A stretch of 64,000 nt of DNA from an uncultured archaeon (GCA_938083505.1 CALKCF010000007.1:1-64000), one strand, 5' to 3'; positions 19,863 to 30,123 are shown, numbered from the stretch's first letter. Made by a program: numbers and translations. The notes: generated by a model from the letters alone, not told the origin.

Positions 19863-20777
19863 ATGATAACGATAGTAGGTACTGGAAGGGTTGGTGTTGC
19901 GGTAGCAATTCACTTAGCAATCAAGGGACTGGATGACCTCATGTTAATAGATATAATTGAAGGTTTACCACAAGGGGAGGCTTTAGATCTTGCACATATG
20001 TGCGCTACACTTGGCATTGATGTAGACATTTCCGGATCGAATGATTATAAGGATATGAGCGGGTCCGAACTCGTAATAGTTCCAGCAGGTTTCATAAGGA
20101 CTGCCGACATGAGTAGGCTTGACCTGCTACATAAGAACTCAGAAGTTATAAAGGTAGTCTCAAAAGGTATTAAAGACTATGCACCAAATTCAAAAGTCAT
20201 CATGGTAACAAATCCGCTTGATGTCATGACCTATCTTGCCTACAAAGTTACGGGATTTGAAAGGAATAGGGTGCTTGGGTTTAGCGGCTTACTTGATATC
20301 TCAAGATATAAGAGCTTGATAGCCAAAGAGTTGGGTGTTGCGGCATCAACTATCCACACGACAATAATCGGGGAACATGGAGATACGATGGTCCTCCTAC
20401 CACGTTTTACGATGGTCGGCGGCATTCCGTTGGAATCCTTACTACCAAAGGAAAAAATCCAACAAATAATCGAGCGTACAAAGAAAATGGGTGCTGAAAT
20501 AATAAAATTGAAAAAGTGGTCAGCATCGCATGCAGTCGGCGCTGGTGTTGCTATGATGGCAGAGGCCATCATTAAAGATACAAAGGCCGTTATACCGGTT
20601 TCGACTTATTTGCAGGGAGAGTACGGTGTTTCAGACGTATGTGTGGTTGTACCTGCTGTAATCGGCAAGAACGGTGTTGAGAAAATAATAGAACTCCCCT
20701 TAAACAATGAGGAGAAGGATGCGTTCCTTAAAAGTGTTGAGACAGTTAAATCAGCAATATCCCAACTCAGGCTTTGA
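19863..20777 (+). CDS. mdh: Malate dehydrogenase (LDH-like)
   Basis: GTGRVG, GEALD, R..DMSRLDL, VTNPLD, IGEHGD. Confidence 0.92.
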   Translation: MITIVGTGRVGVAVAIHLAIKGLDDLMLIDIIEGLPQGEALDLAHMCATLGIDVDISGSNDYKDMSGSELVIVPAGFIRTADMSRLDLLHKNSEVIKVVSKGIKDYAPNSKVIMVTNPLDVMTYLAYKVTGFERNRVLGFSGLLDISRYKSLIAKELGVAASTIHTTIIGEHGDTMVLLPRFTMVGGIPLESLLPKEKIQQIIERTKKMGAEIIKLKKWSASHAVGAGVAMMAEAIIKDTKAVIPVSTYLQGEYGVSDVCVVVPAVIGKNGVEKIIELPLNNEEKDAFLKSVETVKSAISQLRL

Positions 20778-20884
20778 GTAGCTCCTCCTGTTGCGTAGGT
20801 TAGGCATCACACCCCAATTTTTTAAGTGAGTAAAAAATTTAACTAAGTTATTTGTAGTTCATTGCTTTAGGGGAGTTCTGTAAA

Positions 20885-22165
20885 GTGGGCATGACAATAA
20901 CCGAGAAGATACTGGCTAGGGCAAGCGGCAAGCGTAGCGTGAGTCCAGGTGATGTGGTGTTTGCGAAGGTTGATAAAATTATGATGCATGATGTCGGCGG
21001 CCCTGGTGTCTGGACAGTGTTTCAGGAACTGAAACCACTCATAGGTGAAGTTGAGAAGTTGTGGGATCCAGATAAGGTGTGGTTAACTGAGGACCATTTC
21101 GTTCCGCCGATAGATAAACAATCTGCTGATAACATAAAGATACTCGAAGACTTTGCTAAGAAGTATGGAATACGCAAATACTTCAGATACGGTTTGGGTC
21201 AGTATGGTATCTGTCACGTATTATCTTATGAGGAGGCGCTTGTGTTGCCCGGCGAAGTATATGTAGGCACAGACTCACATACGAATACAACAGGAGTGGT
21301 CGGGGCGTTTGCTGCAGGCTTGGGACATACAGACATAGCGTACGTACTAGTGCACGGAAAAACTTGGTTCAGAGTCCCTGAGACTTTACTGTTCAGAATT
21401 GATGGTGAGCTTCAACCTTATTCTACAGCTAAAGACCTATCGCTCGCCATAATACACGAAATTGGAACTGACGGGGCCAACTATAAGACGATGCAGTTTT
21501 CCGGCTCTGCTATTAAGGCAATGGATATAGAGGAGAGGGCTACCTTGACCAACATGTCGACTGAGGCAGGAGCCAAGAGCGCCATAATCGAGCCGGATGA
21601 GCGTCTGCTTCAATATTTAAGAAATAAAACAGATTTACCACTAACACCCATTTATGGTGATGAAGGTGCCGAATTTTTTGAGGTTTACGACGTAGATGCA
21701 AGAACAATAGAACCTCTCGTCGCTAAACCCCATTCTCCCGGAAATGTATCTTCTGCGAGGGAGCTTAGTGATGTAGAGGTTGACAAGGTTTACATAGGCT
21801 CCTGCACAGGAGGTAAGATAACGGATTTGAGGATGGCTGCAAGCATTCTGAAGGGAAGGAAGGTGAGGGTCAGGACCGAGATAGTTCCGGCAACTCAAAG
21901 AACGTACATGCAAGCCCTAAGGGAAGGACTGATAGAGATATTTTTACAGTCTGGCGCCTTGGTCGGCGTGCCAACATGTGGTCTTTGCTTTGGAGGTCAC
22001 ATGGGCGTACTTAGAAAGGGTGAGGTTTGCATATCAACGACCAATAGGAACTTTCCGGGTAGGATGGGTGACAGAGAGTCAAAGACATACTTAGCATCAC
22101 CATTGACGGCCGTGGCAACGGCTGTAACTGGTAGGATAACTGATCCTAGAGATCTGAGTGGATGA
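20885..22165 (+). CDS. leuC: 3-isopropylmalate dehydratase / homoaconitase large subunit
   Basis: TITEKIL, DHF, GICH, DSHT, GSCT, CGLCFG, TTNRNFPGRMG. Confidence 0.92.
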   Translation: MGMTITEKILARASGKRSVSPGDVVFAKVDKIMMHDVGGPGVWTVFQELKPLIGEVEKLWDPDKVWLTEDHFVPPIDKQSADNIKILEDFAKKYGIRKYFRYGLGQYGICHVLSYEEALVLPGEVYVGTDSHTNTTGVVGAFAAGLGHTDIAYVLVHGKTWFRVPETLLFRIDGELQPYSTAKDLSLAIIHEIGTDGANYKTMQFSGSAIKAMDIEERATLTNMSTEAGAKSAIIEPDERLLQYLRNKTDLPLTPIYGDEGAEFFEVYDVDARTIEPLVAKPHSPGNVSSARELSDVEVDKVYIGSCTGGKITDLRMAASILKGRKVRVRTEIVPATQRTYMQALREGLIEIFLQSGALVGVPTCGLCFGGHMGVLRKGEVCISTTNRNFPGRMGDRESKTYLASPLTAVATAVTGRITDPRDLSG

Positions 22166-22665
22166 TGGGTTTGGAAGAAATACTGAGAGGTTATGTTCAC
22201 AAATACGGCGATAACATAGATACAGACAGCATAATACCTGGAAGGTTCCTGAAGGAGATGGACCCAAAGAAGCTTGCCGAGCATGCTATGGAAGGCATAG
22301 ACCCAAATTTCGTCAAGAAGGTAAGACCGGGAGATTTCGTTGTTGCGGGCAAGAACTTCGGTTGCGGTTCTAGCAGAGAACATGCGCCAATCGCCCTTAG
22401 GTATGCTGGCATCAAAGCTGTTTTGGCAAAATCCTTCGCCAGAATATTTTATAGGAATGCCATCGACGGTGGTCATCTCATACCAATTGAGATCGATGAC
22501 AACGTTTACGAGAAGTTATCTGATGGTGACGAAATAGAGGTCGACATATTGAAAGGAATCATCAGGAACTTAACTAAAAGTGAGGCCTACACTATACGGC
22601 CGATACCGGAGCTGGTGATGAAGATAATCAAGGCTGGTGGCATATTCATGTTTAAACATGAATAA
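22162..22665 (+). CDS. leuD: 3-isopropylmalate dehydratase small subunit
   Basis: DNIDTDSIIPGRFL, NFGCGSSREHA, SFARIFYRN. Confidence 0.93.
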   Translation: MMGLEEILRGYVHKYGDNIDTDSIIPGRFLKEMDPKKLAEHAMEGIDPNFVKKVRPGDFVVAGKNFGCGSSREHAPIALRYAGIKAVLAKSFARIFYRNAIDGGHLIPIEIDDNVYEKLSDGDEIEVDILKGIIRNLTKSEAYTIRPIPELVMKIIKAGGIFMFKHE

Positions 22666-22701
22666 CTTTATAGAGCGTCAATGAGATATAATGTAAGGCA
22701 T

Positions 22702-22833
22702 ATGATGGGGGCAGAAAAGTACCTATGCCCTTATTGTGAAGAACCCTTCGATACAGAAGAAGAACTCTCAAAACACATAGACAAAGTCCACATAGGCAAG
22801 GGCTTGCTGGAAGGCAATAGGAGAAAGTGGTAG
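22702..22833 (+). CDS. Small C2H2 zinc-finger protein, 43 aa (not in ORF track)
   Basis: Manual translation MMGAEKYLCPYCEEPFDTEEELSKHIDKVHIGKGLLEGNRRKW, a C-x2-C-x3-F-x5-L-x2-H-x4-H pattern; TTTATA about 30 nt upstream. Confidence 0.85.
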   Translation: MMGAEKYLCPYCEEPFDTEEELSKHIDKVHIGKGLLEGNRRKW

Positions 22834-22889
22834 TCGTCAATGAGCTAAAGGTTATATACCAAATTTTTCTATAAATATTTTGAGCAAAA

Positions 22890-22949
22890 TTGGCTAAGGC
22901 TAAAAAGGGTTCAAAGAAAAAGCGCTCAGGATGTAAGAGAAAAAAGTAG
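22890..22949 (+). CDS. Putative 19-aa Lys/Arg-rich micropeptide
   Basis: TTG-start ORF MAKAKKGSKKKRSGCKRKK; AAAGGTTATATA BRE/TATA-like element upstream; fills an otherwise empty intergenic gap. Confidence 0.4.
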   Translation: MAKAKKGSKKKRSGCKRKK

Positions 22950-22985
22950 TTCTGTAGGCTACGGAAAAATCAAAAATCATTAAAT

Positions 22986-24143
22986 TTATATAAGGTCCTC
23001 TAACTTTTTCAAAAACTCATATTCAGTACCTTTAGGTATCAAGCCCGATGCGGCGGTTGAATGCCCATCACCATAACCTTCGACGTAATCGGTCGCCTCC
23101 ATGACAAGCTTTGAGACAGAAGGCATCATCCCCTTGTTTATGAGGTTTGCCAGCAGCTTAGGCGCTCTTACGGACACTTTGGTCCATTCGCCCTCTATCT
23201 CGCCCAGCTCCGGTATTATTCGCGGAAAATTCATAAAACCAACGAGGTACTTCTTTTGGTCGACGAACCCCCTATATGCCAAAATAGATGTGAACGTTCC
23301 TAAGACTTTAGTTCCCATACCCGCGAAGCTATCTCCGACGGAGAACCATTGAACTTTTTCGCCACGGTTGATGCCGTATTTTCTTAAATTGCTCATAACT
23401 TTACTGAAGACTTGCTTCCTGTATTCCTCTAACCTTTCCACTTCATCCTCATTCAAGCTCTTTTTGAGACAGGACTCTACCGCCTTCTTGGGACCATTAG
23501 CATAATAGCCTACGCTTCCAAGTATCGTCAGTTTTGTCGATAACCTATCCCAAGATTCCCTAAAAGGTATTACGTAATACCTTTCCCTTCCTGCCGACTC
23601 TCTAACTTCAACATCGCCAACTTTAACGGCATGCCCAAGAGGTATCCTGTTCAGTGACGTTAAACTCCCTCCAAGCTCCGCCGAACCCACTACTGATGCC
23701 CATGCGAGGTGCTTAATGTCCGCAAGTTTCTCTACAAAAAGGTACGTAGCCGTAGCACCGCTTACATCCCTTTCGCCGCTAAAGCCGTAAAGCTCAGGGT
23801 TAAGGTTCAAAACATTAGGTTTATTGGCTGTAACTGGGTCATGATGGTCTAAGATTATGACGAGTTTTTCATCAGCCAATCTTTCTATTAATTCGGTTTT
23901 TCCTGAACCTATATCTGTGTAGACGTATGCATCATAATCGATGCTATGAAGGCTAGATATTATTATAGGATGTAACTTTTCAATACAAATCCTACCCGTC
24001 TTGATGCCTGAAGACTCAAAGGCTGATAGCGCGATTGCCGCTGAGCATATGCCGTCCGCATCGTCGTGATGTATCACAAGAACTTTGCTGGTTGACGATC
24101 TGAGGAGCTTACTAGCCCTTTCAAGCTCCTCAGAGTACTTCAT
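22986..24143 (-). CDS. DHH-family phosphoesterase (RecJ/Cdc45-like)
   Basis: HHDDADG, TDIGSG, LDHH, GDGHSTAASG; start taken at MKYSEE (24143). Confidence 0.88.
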   Translation of the reverse strand: MKYSEELERASKLLRSSTSKVLVIHHDDADGICSAAIALSAFESSGIKTGRICIEKLHPIIISSLHSIDYDAYVYTDIGSGKTELIERLADEKLVIILDHHDPVTANKPNVLNLNPELYGFSGERDVSGATATYLFVEKLADIKHLAWASVVGSAELGGSLTSLNRIPLGHAVKVGDVEVRESAGRERYYVIPFRESWDRLSTKLTILGSVGYYANGPKKAVESCLKKSLNEDEVERLEEYRKQVFSKVMSNLRKYGINRGEKVQWFSVGDSFAGMGTKVLGTFTSILAYRGFVDQKKYLVGFMNFPRIIPELGEIEGEWTKVSVRAPKLLANLINKGMMPSVSKLVMEATDYVEGYGDGHSTAASGLIPKGTEYEFLKKLEDLI

Positions 24144-24330
24144 GAAATCGACATTAAAGCCTTGATGTATTGTATTGGAAGCGGGATGCATAACTTTGCA
24201 CAGACCCCCCGTCCTATATATGGCTTCAGGTGTGCTACCATACCATATTTTAGGAAAAAGATAAGCGTGACCTTGGTTATGCTTCCTTTTGTTAAACGCA
24301 AATTACCAGAATATGACCTTAGAAATATGC

Positions 24331-25500
24331 CTATTCTTGCTTGCCTAAAAGCTCTAGGGCTATTTCATAGTAAATTCTTGCGGCAGCCTCAAGCTCATGG
24401 ATTGATACACTTTCGTTATAGGAATGTGCTTGGGAAAGCTCGCCGGGCCCCAATACGACACCTGGCATTCCAGCGGCGACTATCCATCCAAGGTCCGTAT
24501 AAGCTGGAAGGCCTGAGGGGTCGGCCCTAACCTTAAGCACCCTTGAAATGGCCTCTAAGGCTGCCCGTACCACTGGCTCAGAAGTGCTAACCTCCGTGGC
24601 CCTATGATACTGCGCAATGGAAACTGAGAAGTCCGTACCGCGTCTTTCTCTCATCACTTTAAGTGCAACATTCTCAAAGAACGCTTTAACAACCTCATGG
24701 TCCTCGCCTGGTATCAACCTCCTATCAATGATTATTACGCATTCGTCGGGGATGACGTTAGATTTTACGCCGCCGCTTATCATAGTAACGGCTACCGTTG
24801 GTTTACCGACCAAAGGGTGTCCATCACCTTTTGATAACGAGTCGGCCATTCGTTCTATTTCGTTACAATATGAGGCGGCAGCAAATATAGCGTTAACCCC
24901 CTCTTGGGGCATGCCGGCATGTGCAGGCTTTCCCCTCACCCTGACCTTCAATTCCAACCTACCTTTGTGGGCGGTGCAAACCCTCAACCCTGTCGGCTCG
25001 CCAACGACAGCAAAGTCAAATTTACCGTACTTTGATATAAACGCCTTAGTGCCGATACTGCTGACTTCCTCATCGGCTACCGCAGCAAGCACGACTTTCC
25101 CACATATCTTTTCTTGGGCGTTAAGGAGAGCCTTCAGGCTTGCAGCCATCGCCGCGATAGAACCCTTCGCGTCGGCCGAGCCCCTACCGTAGAGCCTACC
25201 ATCCCTAATAAGACCACCAAGAGGCTCCACCTGCCACCCATTCCGATCACCAACGGGCACCGTGTCCAGATGGGAGTTAAAAAGTAATGTAGGACCTCCA
25301 CGGCCACTTTCTAATATACAAACGGCATTCGCCCTAGTGCTGTCCAACCTATCTATTGTGGACTTTATACCAAGGTCCGCAAGCCGCTCCGCTAAAAAAC
25401 TTGCAGCCTCTAACTCCCTGCCGGGTGGGTTCTCCGTGTTTACCCGCACGAGTGCGGAGGCAATGTTCAGTAGGAATTCCCTATCTATATGTACATCCAT
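24331..25500 (-). CDS. M20 family metallopeptidase/deacylase (ArgE/DapE-like)
   Basis: NSHLDTVP, GRGSADAKG, DEE, GEPT, AHSYNE. Confidence 0.92.
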   Translation of the reverse strand: MDVHIDREFLLNIASALVRVNTENPPGRELEAASFLAERLADLGIKSTIDRLDSTRANAVCILESGRGGPTLLFNSHLDTVPVGDRNGWQVEPLGGLIRDGRLYGRGSADAKGSIAAMAASLKALLNAQEKICGKVVLAAVADEEVSSIGTKAFISKYGKFDFAVVGEPTGLRVCTAHKGRLELKVRVRGKPAHAGMPQEGVNAIFAAASYCNEIERMADSLSKGDGHPLVGKPTVAVTMISGGVKSNVIPDECVIIIDRRLIPGEDHEVVKAFFENVALKVMRERRGTDFSVSIAQYHRATEVSTSEPVVRAALEAISRVLKVRADPSGLPAYTDLGWIVAAGMPGVVLGPGELSQAHSYNESVSIHELEAAARIYYEIALELLGKQE

Positions 25501-25571
25501 AAAACAATTAATGAAACATCGGCGATATAACTTTAAAATTAAAGTTTAGAGTTTGTGCTGTACCTTTAAAG

Positions 25572-25769
25572 CTATACGCTCAGGAGAATCTCGGCAGGTA
25601 CTTCAACGTACTTCTCGTTGCTGGTTTGCTTCTTCTTTCTTGGCGAGTTCCTCAGCAAGGTCCCGCAGTAGGGACACCTAACTTTGTCCGTAAAATGATA
25701 TACCCTACACCTCGAACAATACTTGTAACCATTTGCGTAACTTCTCCTGACATGTCTTGTTTCGCTCAT
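25572..25769 (-). CDS. Small Zn-ribbon protein
   Basis: CSRC-x10-CPYC followed by basic LRNSPRKKK; ATG at 25769 (track start 25778). Confidence 0.75.
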   Translation of the reverse strand: MSETRHVRRSYANGYKYCSRCRVYHFTDKVRCPYCGTLLRNSPRKKKQTSNEKYVEVPAEILLSV

Positions 25770-25794
25770 TTTTATCAAAATTTTTGATAAAAAT
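25768..25794. promoter_or_regulatory. Perfect 13-bp inverted repeat (candidate operator)
   Basis: ATTTTTATCAAAA-T-TTTTGATAAAAAT between divergent Zn-ribbon and AbrB-PhoU genes. Confidence 0.55.
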
Positions 25795-25852
25795 TACGAT
25801 TATTAAACGTTATCTATATATAATAATTTTTGTATATACAAAAAAGAATGGT

Positions 25853-26902
25853 ATGATTGAAATAAGAAAGTTACAGAAGGTGGGCGCAGCAACCTTAACG
25901 GTGTCCTTACCTAAAAGATGGGTATTAAAAAAGGGCTTAAAACCCGGGGATAGAGTTACACTCATAGAAAACGAGGATGGCTCTTTACGCTTGGACGTGA
26001 GTGATATCAACACAGCAGAAGAAATAGCGTTTACGATCAACTATGACTTATGTAACTCTGACAACATGCTAACAAGATTGATAATAGGTGCATACTTACA
26101 AGGAGCGGGTATTCTAAAGATAGTCTCAAATAACCCATTAACAACGGACACGCTCAATAAAGTTCAGATGATAATTGATAAACTACCTGGCTTCGAGATA
26201 GTAGAGCAAACCCATAGAACAATACTTATCCAAAGCTTCGTAGATCCCTCAAAGTTCCCCATAGAGACTTTACTGAAAAGGTTACAGGTAATGGTAGCAT
26301 CAATGCTCAATCAGCTCATTTCTTCGATAGCTGAAGGTACGCCTATAAATATCAGCGAGATAATCAGACAAGAGAGTAAGATAGACGAATTATACTTTTT
26401 AACGATCAGGCAGCTATTCCTAGCGTTACGCAGATGGCACCTTAGCATGATCCTTGGCATAGATAGCCCGATTTACGCAGCGGGTGTACGGCTTATAGTA
26501 AAAGCGCTTGAAGACAGTGGTGATATGATTGAAAACATGGCAAAAGGGTTAAATTCCATGTACAAGCCCCATCTCAAAATAAGCTCTGAGATTGTCAAGA
26601 AAATAGAAGAGCTTGGTATGAAGATTCAGGCACTTTTTATTAAGACGATGAAAGCACTTTTTAGCCTCGATATAGAATTATTAAACGACGTCTTCGATAG
26701 CATTTCGTATGTGTTAGAGCAACATAACAAAGTATCTGAGGAGGTGTTGTTTACGGTAGATGACGAAAGATTTGCGTCATTCCTTAAGACTATCATCTGG
26801 GGCCTCGGTTGTATAGCACACAACTGTGAAATAATAGCTGAAGTAGCCCTTAACAGGTTTACAAGAATCCCCTCAAACATTATATCGATTGAGAAAGCTT
26901 AA
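25853..26902 (+). CDS. AbrB/PhoU-domain regulator (archaeal phosphate-uptake regulator family)
   Basis: EIRKLQKVGAATLTVSLPKRW AbrB N-terminus, GAYLQG, PhoU-like helical repeats; start at ATG 25853. Confidence 0.88.
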   Translation: MIEIRKLQKVGAATLTVSLPKRWVLKKGLKPGDRVTLIENEDGSLRLDVSDINTAEEIAFTINYDLCNSDNMLTRLIIGAYLQGAGILKIVSNNPLTTDTLNKVQMIIDKLPGFEIVEQTHRTILIQSFVDPSKFPIETLLKRLQVMVASMLNQLISSIAEGTPINISEIIRQESKIDELYFLTIRQLFLALRRWHLSMILGIDSPIYAAGVRLIVKALEDSGDMIENMAKGLNSMYKPHLKISSEIVKKIEELGMKIQALFIKTMKALFSLDIELLNDVFDSISYVLEQHNKVSEEVLFTVDDERFASFLKTIIWGLGCIAHNCEIIAEVALNRFTRIPSNIISIEKA

Positions 26903-26921
26903 CTTTGAAGGGGGTTTTAGG

Positions 26922-28598
26922 TTGGATAAGTATGGAGTAAAGCACAGAAGTCGACAAATATCAGAGGGTGCGGACAGGGCGCCGCATAGGGCATTACTTA
27001 ATGCCCTAGGGTTAACGTATGAGGAAATCTCGAGACCGTTCGTAGCCATCGCGAACAGCTGGAATGAGATCGTACCTGGACATATACATCTAAGAGAGTT
27101 GGCTGATAGGGTAAAAGTAGGGGTAAGGCGTAGAGGCGGTAGATCCTTCGAGTTTAACACCATAGCGATATGCGACGGTATAGCGATGGCACACGAAGGT
27201 ATGAGGGCATCCCTTCCAAGCCGTGATGTAATAGCGGACTCTGTAGAATTAATGGTCATGGCACATCAATACGATGCCGTCGTGGCAATCGCTAGCTGCG
27301 ACAAGATAGAGCCAGGCATGATGATAGCCTTGGCAAGGTTGAACTTGCCGTCGATATTCATAAACGGTGGTCCTATGCTGATGGGTGAGAGTTGTGGTAA
27401 GCGCTTCGCTGTAGGTAATGTATTTGAGGCTTTGGGCGCATATCACAAGGGTCAACTTACACTCGAGGAACTTTATGAAATTGAAAAAGTTGCATGTCCG
27501 GGTCCCGGTTCCTGCGCTGGTCTCTATACTGCTAACACGATGGCTGTGTTGATAGAAGCTTTAGGAATGAGCTTACCTGGCAGCTCCACGATACCAGCAG
27601 TTGACGTAAGGAGATTATATGTAGCTGAAAAGACCGGCGAGACTGTTATGATGGCTTTAGAGACAGATCTGAAGCCTAGCGACATTATGACATATGAAGC
27701 TTTTAGAAACGCCATAGCAGTCAATGCTGCGATAGGTGGTTCGACGAACGCCGTGCTACATTTGATGGCGATAGCCAAAGAACTTGACGTAAAGCTGACA
27801 CTTGACGACTTCGATGAGGTAAGTAGCAGAACACCACAACTCGTGGAGCTGATTCCAGGAGGACCATATGTGATGCAGGACTTAGATATGGCCGGCGGTG
27901 TTCCAGCGATAATGAAAAAGTTACTTGAGGCTGGCTTAATCGAGGGTTCCACCCTCACGATAACAAGCAAAACTTTGGCGGAGAACTTAAGAGAATTCGT
28001 CCAACCTACGAACGTGGAAATCATAAGGTCTATTGAAAATCCAGTACGCCCAACGGGAAGTATAGTGATACTCAGGGGAAACTTAGCACCTGATGGTGCT
28101 GTCGTGAAAATTTCTGGGATAAAGAGACTCAAGCATGAGGGGCCCGCAAAGGTCTTCGAGTGTGAGGAAGATGCTTATGTCGCGGTTAAGCAAGGGAATA
28201 TCGAAGAAGGGAACGTTATTATAATAAGATATGAGGGGCCGAAAGGTGGTCCAGGTATGAGAGAGATGTTGAGTGTTACGTCAGCTATAGTGGGCAGAGG
28301 CATGGGTGAGTCCGTGGCATTAGTGACTGATGGTAGGTTTTCGGGTGCCACTAGGGGTCTGATGGTTGGGCACGTATCTCCCGAAGCTTTCGAGGGAGGG
28401 CCGATAGCTGTGATTAGGGATGGCGACTGGATAAGGATTGACGCAGAGATGAAGGTATTGAATGTCGAACTCGACGGAGAGGAGATAAGGAAAAGGTTAG
28501 CATTTTGGAAGAGGCCTGCTCATAAGTACAAAAAAGGTGCGCTGGCAAGATACGCGAAATACGCATCATCAGCTTCAGAGGGTGCAATGTGTAGGTGA
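26922..28598 (+). CDS. ilvD: Dihydroxy-acid dehydratase
   Basis: CDGIAMAH, SCDK, CPGPGSCAGLYTANTM, GGSTN, EGPKGGPGMREM, TDGRFSG; start probably TTG 26922. Confidence 0.97.
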   Translation: MDKYGVKHRSRQISEGADRAPHRALLNALGLTYEEISRPFVAIANSWNEIVPGHIHLRELADRVKVGVRRRGGRSFEFNTIAICDGIAMAHEGMRASLPSRDVIADSVELMVMAHQYDAVVAIASCDKIEPGMMIALARLNLPSIFINGGPMLMGESCGKRFAVGNVFEALGAYHKGQLTLEELYEIEKVACPGPGSCAGLYTANTMAVLIEALGMSLPGSSTIPAVDVRRLYVAEKTGETVMMALETDLKPSDIMTYEAFRNAIAVNAAIGGSTNAVLHLMAIAKELDVKLTLDDFDEVSSRTPQLVELIPGGPYVMQDLDMAGGVPAIMKKLLEAGLIEGSTLTITSKTLAENLREFVQPTNVEIIRSIENPVRPTGSIVILRGNLAPDGAVVKISGIKRLKHEGPAKVFECEEDAYVAVKQGNIEEGNVIIIRYEGPKGGPGMREMLSVTSAIVGRGMGESVALVTDGRFSGATRGLMVGHVSPEAFEGGPIAVIRDGDWIRIDAEMKVLNVELDGEEIRKRLAFWKRPAHKYKKGALARYAKYASSASEGAMCR

Positions 28599-28604
28599 TG
28601 CATA

Positions 28605-28620
28605 TTTTATTTTGTTTTTT
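28605..28620 (+). terminator. Oligo-T putative archaeal terminator after ilvD
   Basis: T-rich tract (TTTTATTTTGTTTTTT) just after the ilvD stop. Confidence 0.45.
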
Positions 28621-28677
28621 AACATACCGTAAGATTTTTATACCTTTAATTTTTTCTCTGTTTTTGAGGAATAAAAT

Positions 28678-30123
28678 ATGTCAAAGTTTGTAGTACCCCC
28701 TGAAGAAGTAAATTGGGAAGAGCTTATAGAAATGGACAAGAAATATTTCCTGAGACCAGTATCAGCTGCAAAGGAATACTCTCCGCTACCAATAGCGAGA
28801 ACAGAAGGGGCCTATCTAATAACTTCGGAGAATGTCAAGATCCTAGACTTCATGTCGGTTCTACATTGCGCAAATGCAGGTGCTTACCATCCTAAGATAG
28901 CCCAGGCAATAAAGGAGTACGCTGAGTATTTCGGCTACTTATATGAAGGTGGTTTCTTAGAACAAATGAGACCAAAGGTGTGCAAATTCCTAATAGAGGA
29001 AGCTTTTAAGGGAGATATGGCTAAGGTCGGATTCGCGAACAGCGGAAGCGAGGCAGTTGAATACGCGTTAATGATAGCTAGAGTATACACCGGTAAACCA
29101 TACGTGGTTACTAGGTGGTATGACTACCACGGATGGACCGCTGGTGCAGTAGCTAACACCATAATACCGTATCTGAGAGACTTAGCAATAAAACCGACAA
29201 AACCGGGCGAGGTGCCGGAGATTAGCACACCTGTTGGTGGCATAGTTCCGTATACCGCGATAGCCCCGCCGCCCTATTGTTACCGCTGCCCATTAGGACA
29301 AACATATCCTGACTGCAAGGATAGAAAAGGAATGCTAGCCTGCATCAACATACTTAAGGAGCTTATACTTGCCTATCAACCCTATGTCGCAGCAGTCATA
29401 ACGGAGGTTGTGCAAGGAAGTTGTGGTGTGTTCGCTCCGCCACCTGAATATAATCCACAGTTAAGACAGATAACAAAGGAACTCGGCGTTCTTTGGATAG
29501 ACGACGAAGTTATCTGTGGCTTCGGAAGAACTGGACCTTGGTTTGGATACCAGAACTGGGACATTAAGCCCGATATCGTCACATTCGCTAAAGGTATAAC
29601 AAGTTCTCACATCCCCGCAGGTGGTGTCGCTATCAGCCCGGAGTTAGCTAAGTGGTTTGATGAAAGAAGGTGGTGGCACGCGAGCACGTTCGCATCCCAT
29701 CCGCTTGGTATGGCCGCAGCTTATGCAACGTTAAATGTGTATAAAGAGGAGAAGCTCATACCTGATCATGCGAAGAAAATCAGTAAAAGACTCGAAGAGG
29801 GGCTCAAAGGCATCCAAGATAGGCACAAATCTGTAGGAAATGTAAGCGGCATGGGACTCATATGGGGCATAGAGCTAGTAAAGAACAAAGAGACGAAAGA
29901 GCCGATATTACCGCAAGATAGGTTCTACTTCTGGCATGAGGAAGGTGCTAAGATACCGAGCAAGATCGTGGCCGTCAAGTGTATCGAGAGAAGGTTATTA
30001 GTCTCGACATTCGCTGCCAATAACATAACACTGATGCCATCACTTGTTGTGACTGAAGACGAAGTTGATAGAGCTATCAATATACTGGACAAAGCTATCG
30101 AAGAAGTCGACAAAATGATATAA
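28678..30123 (+). CDS. Class III PLP-dependent aminotransferase
   Basis: SGSEAVE, YHG, DDEVICGFGRTG, PDIVTFAKGITS, STFASHP. Confidence 0.93.
   Translation: MSKFVVPPEEVNWEELIEMDKKYFLRPVSAAKEYSPLPIARTEGAYLITSENVKILDFMSVLHCANAGAYHPKIAQAIKEYAEYFGYLYEGGFLEQMRPKVCKFLIEEAFKGDMAKVGFANSGSEAVEYALMIARVYTGKPYVVTRWYDYHGWTAGAVANTIIPYLRDLAIKPTKPGEVPEISTPVGGIVPYTAIAPPPYCYRCPLGQTYPDCKDRKGMLACINILKELILAYQPYVAAVITEVVQGSCGVFAPPPEYNPQLRQITKELGVLWIDDEVICGFGRTGPWFGYQNWDIKPDIVTFAKGITSSHIPAGGVAISPELAKWFDERRWWHASTFASHPLGMAAAYATLNVYKEEKLIPDHAKKISKRLEEGLKGIQDRHKSVGNVSGMGLIWGIELVKNKETKEPILPQDRFYFWHEEGAKIPSKIVAVKCIERRLLVSTFAANNITLMPSLVVTEDEVDRAINILDKAIEEVDKMI

Noticed and set aside
24162-24530. 122-aa plus-strand ORF
   Set aside because: It overlaps the M20 gene antisense and has no motifs.
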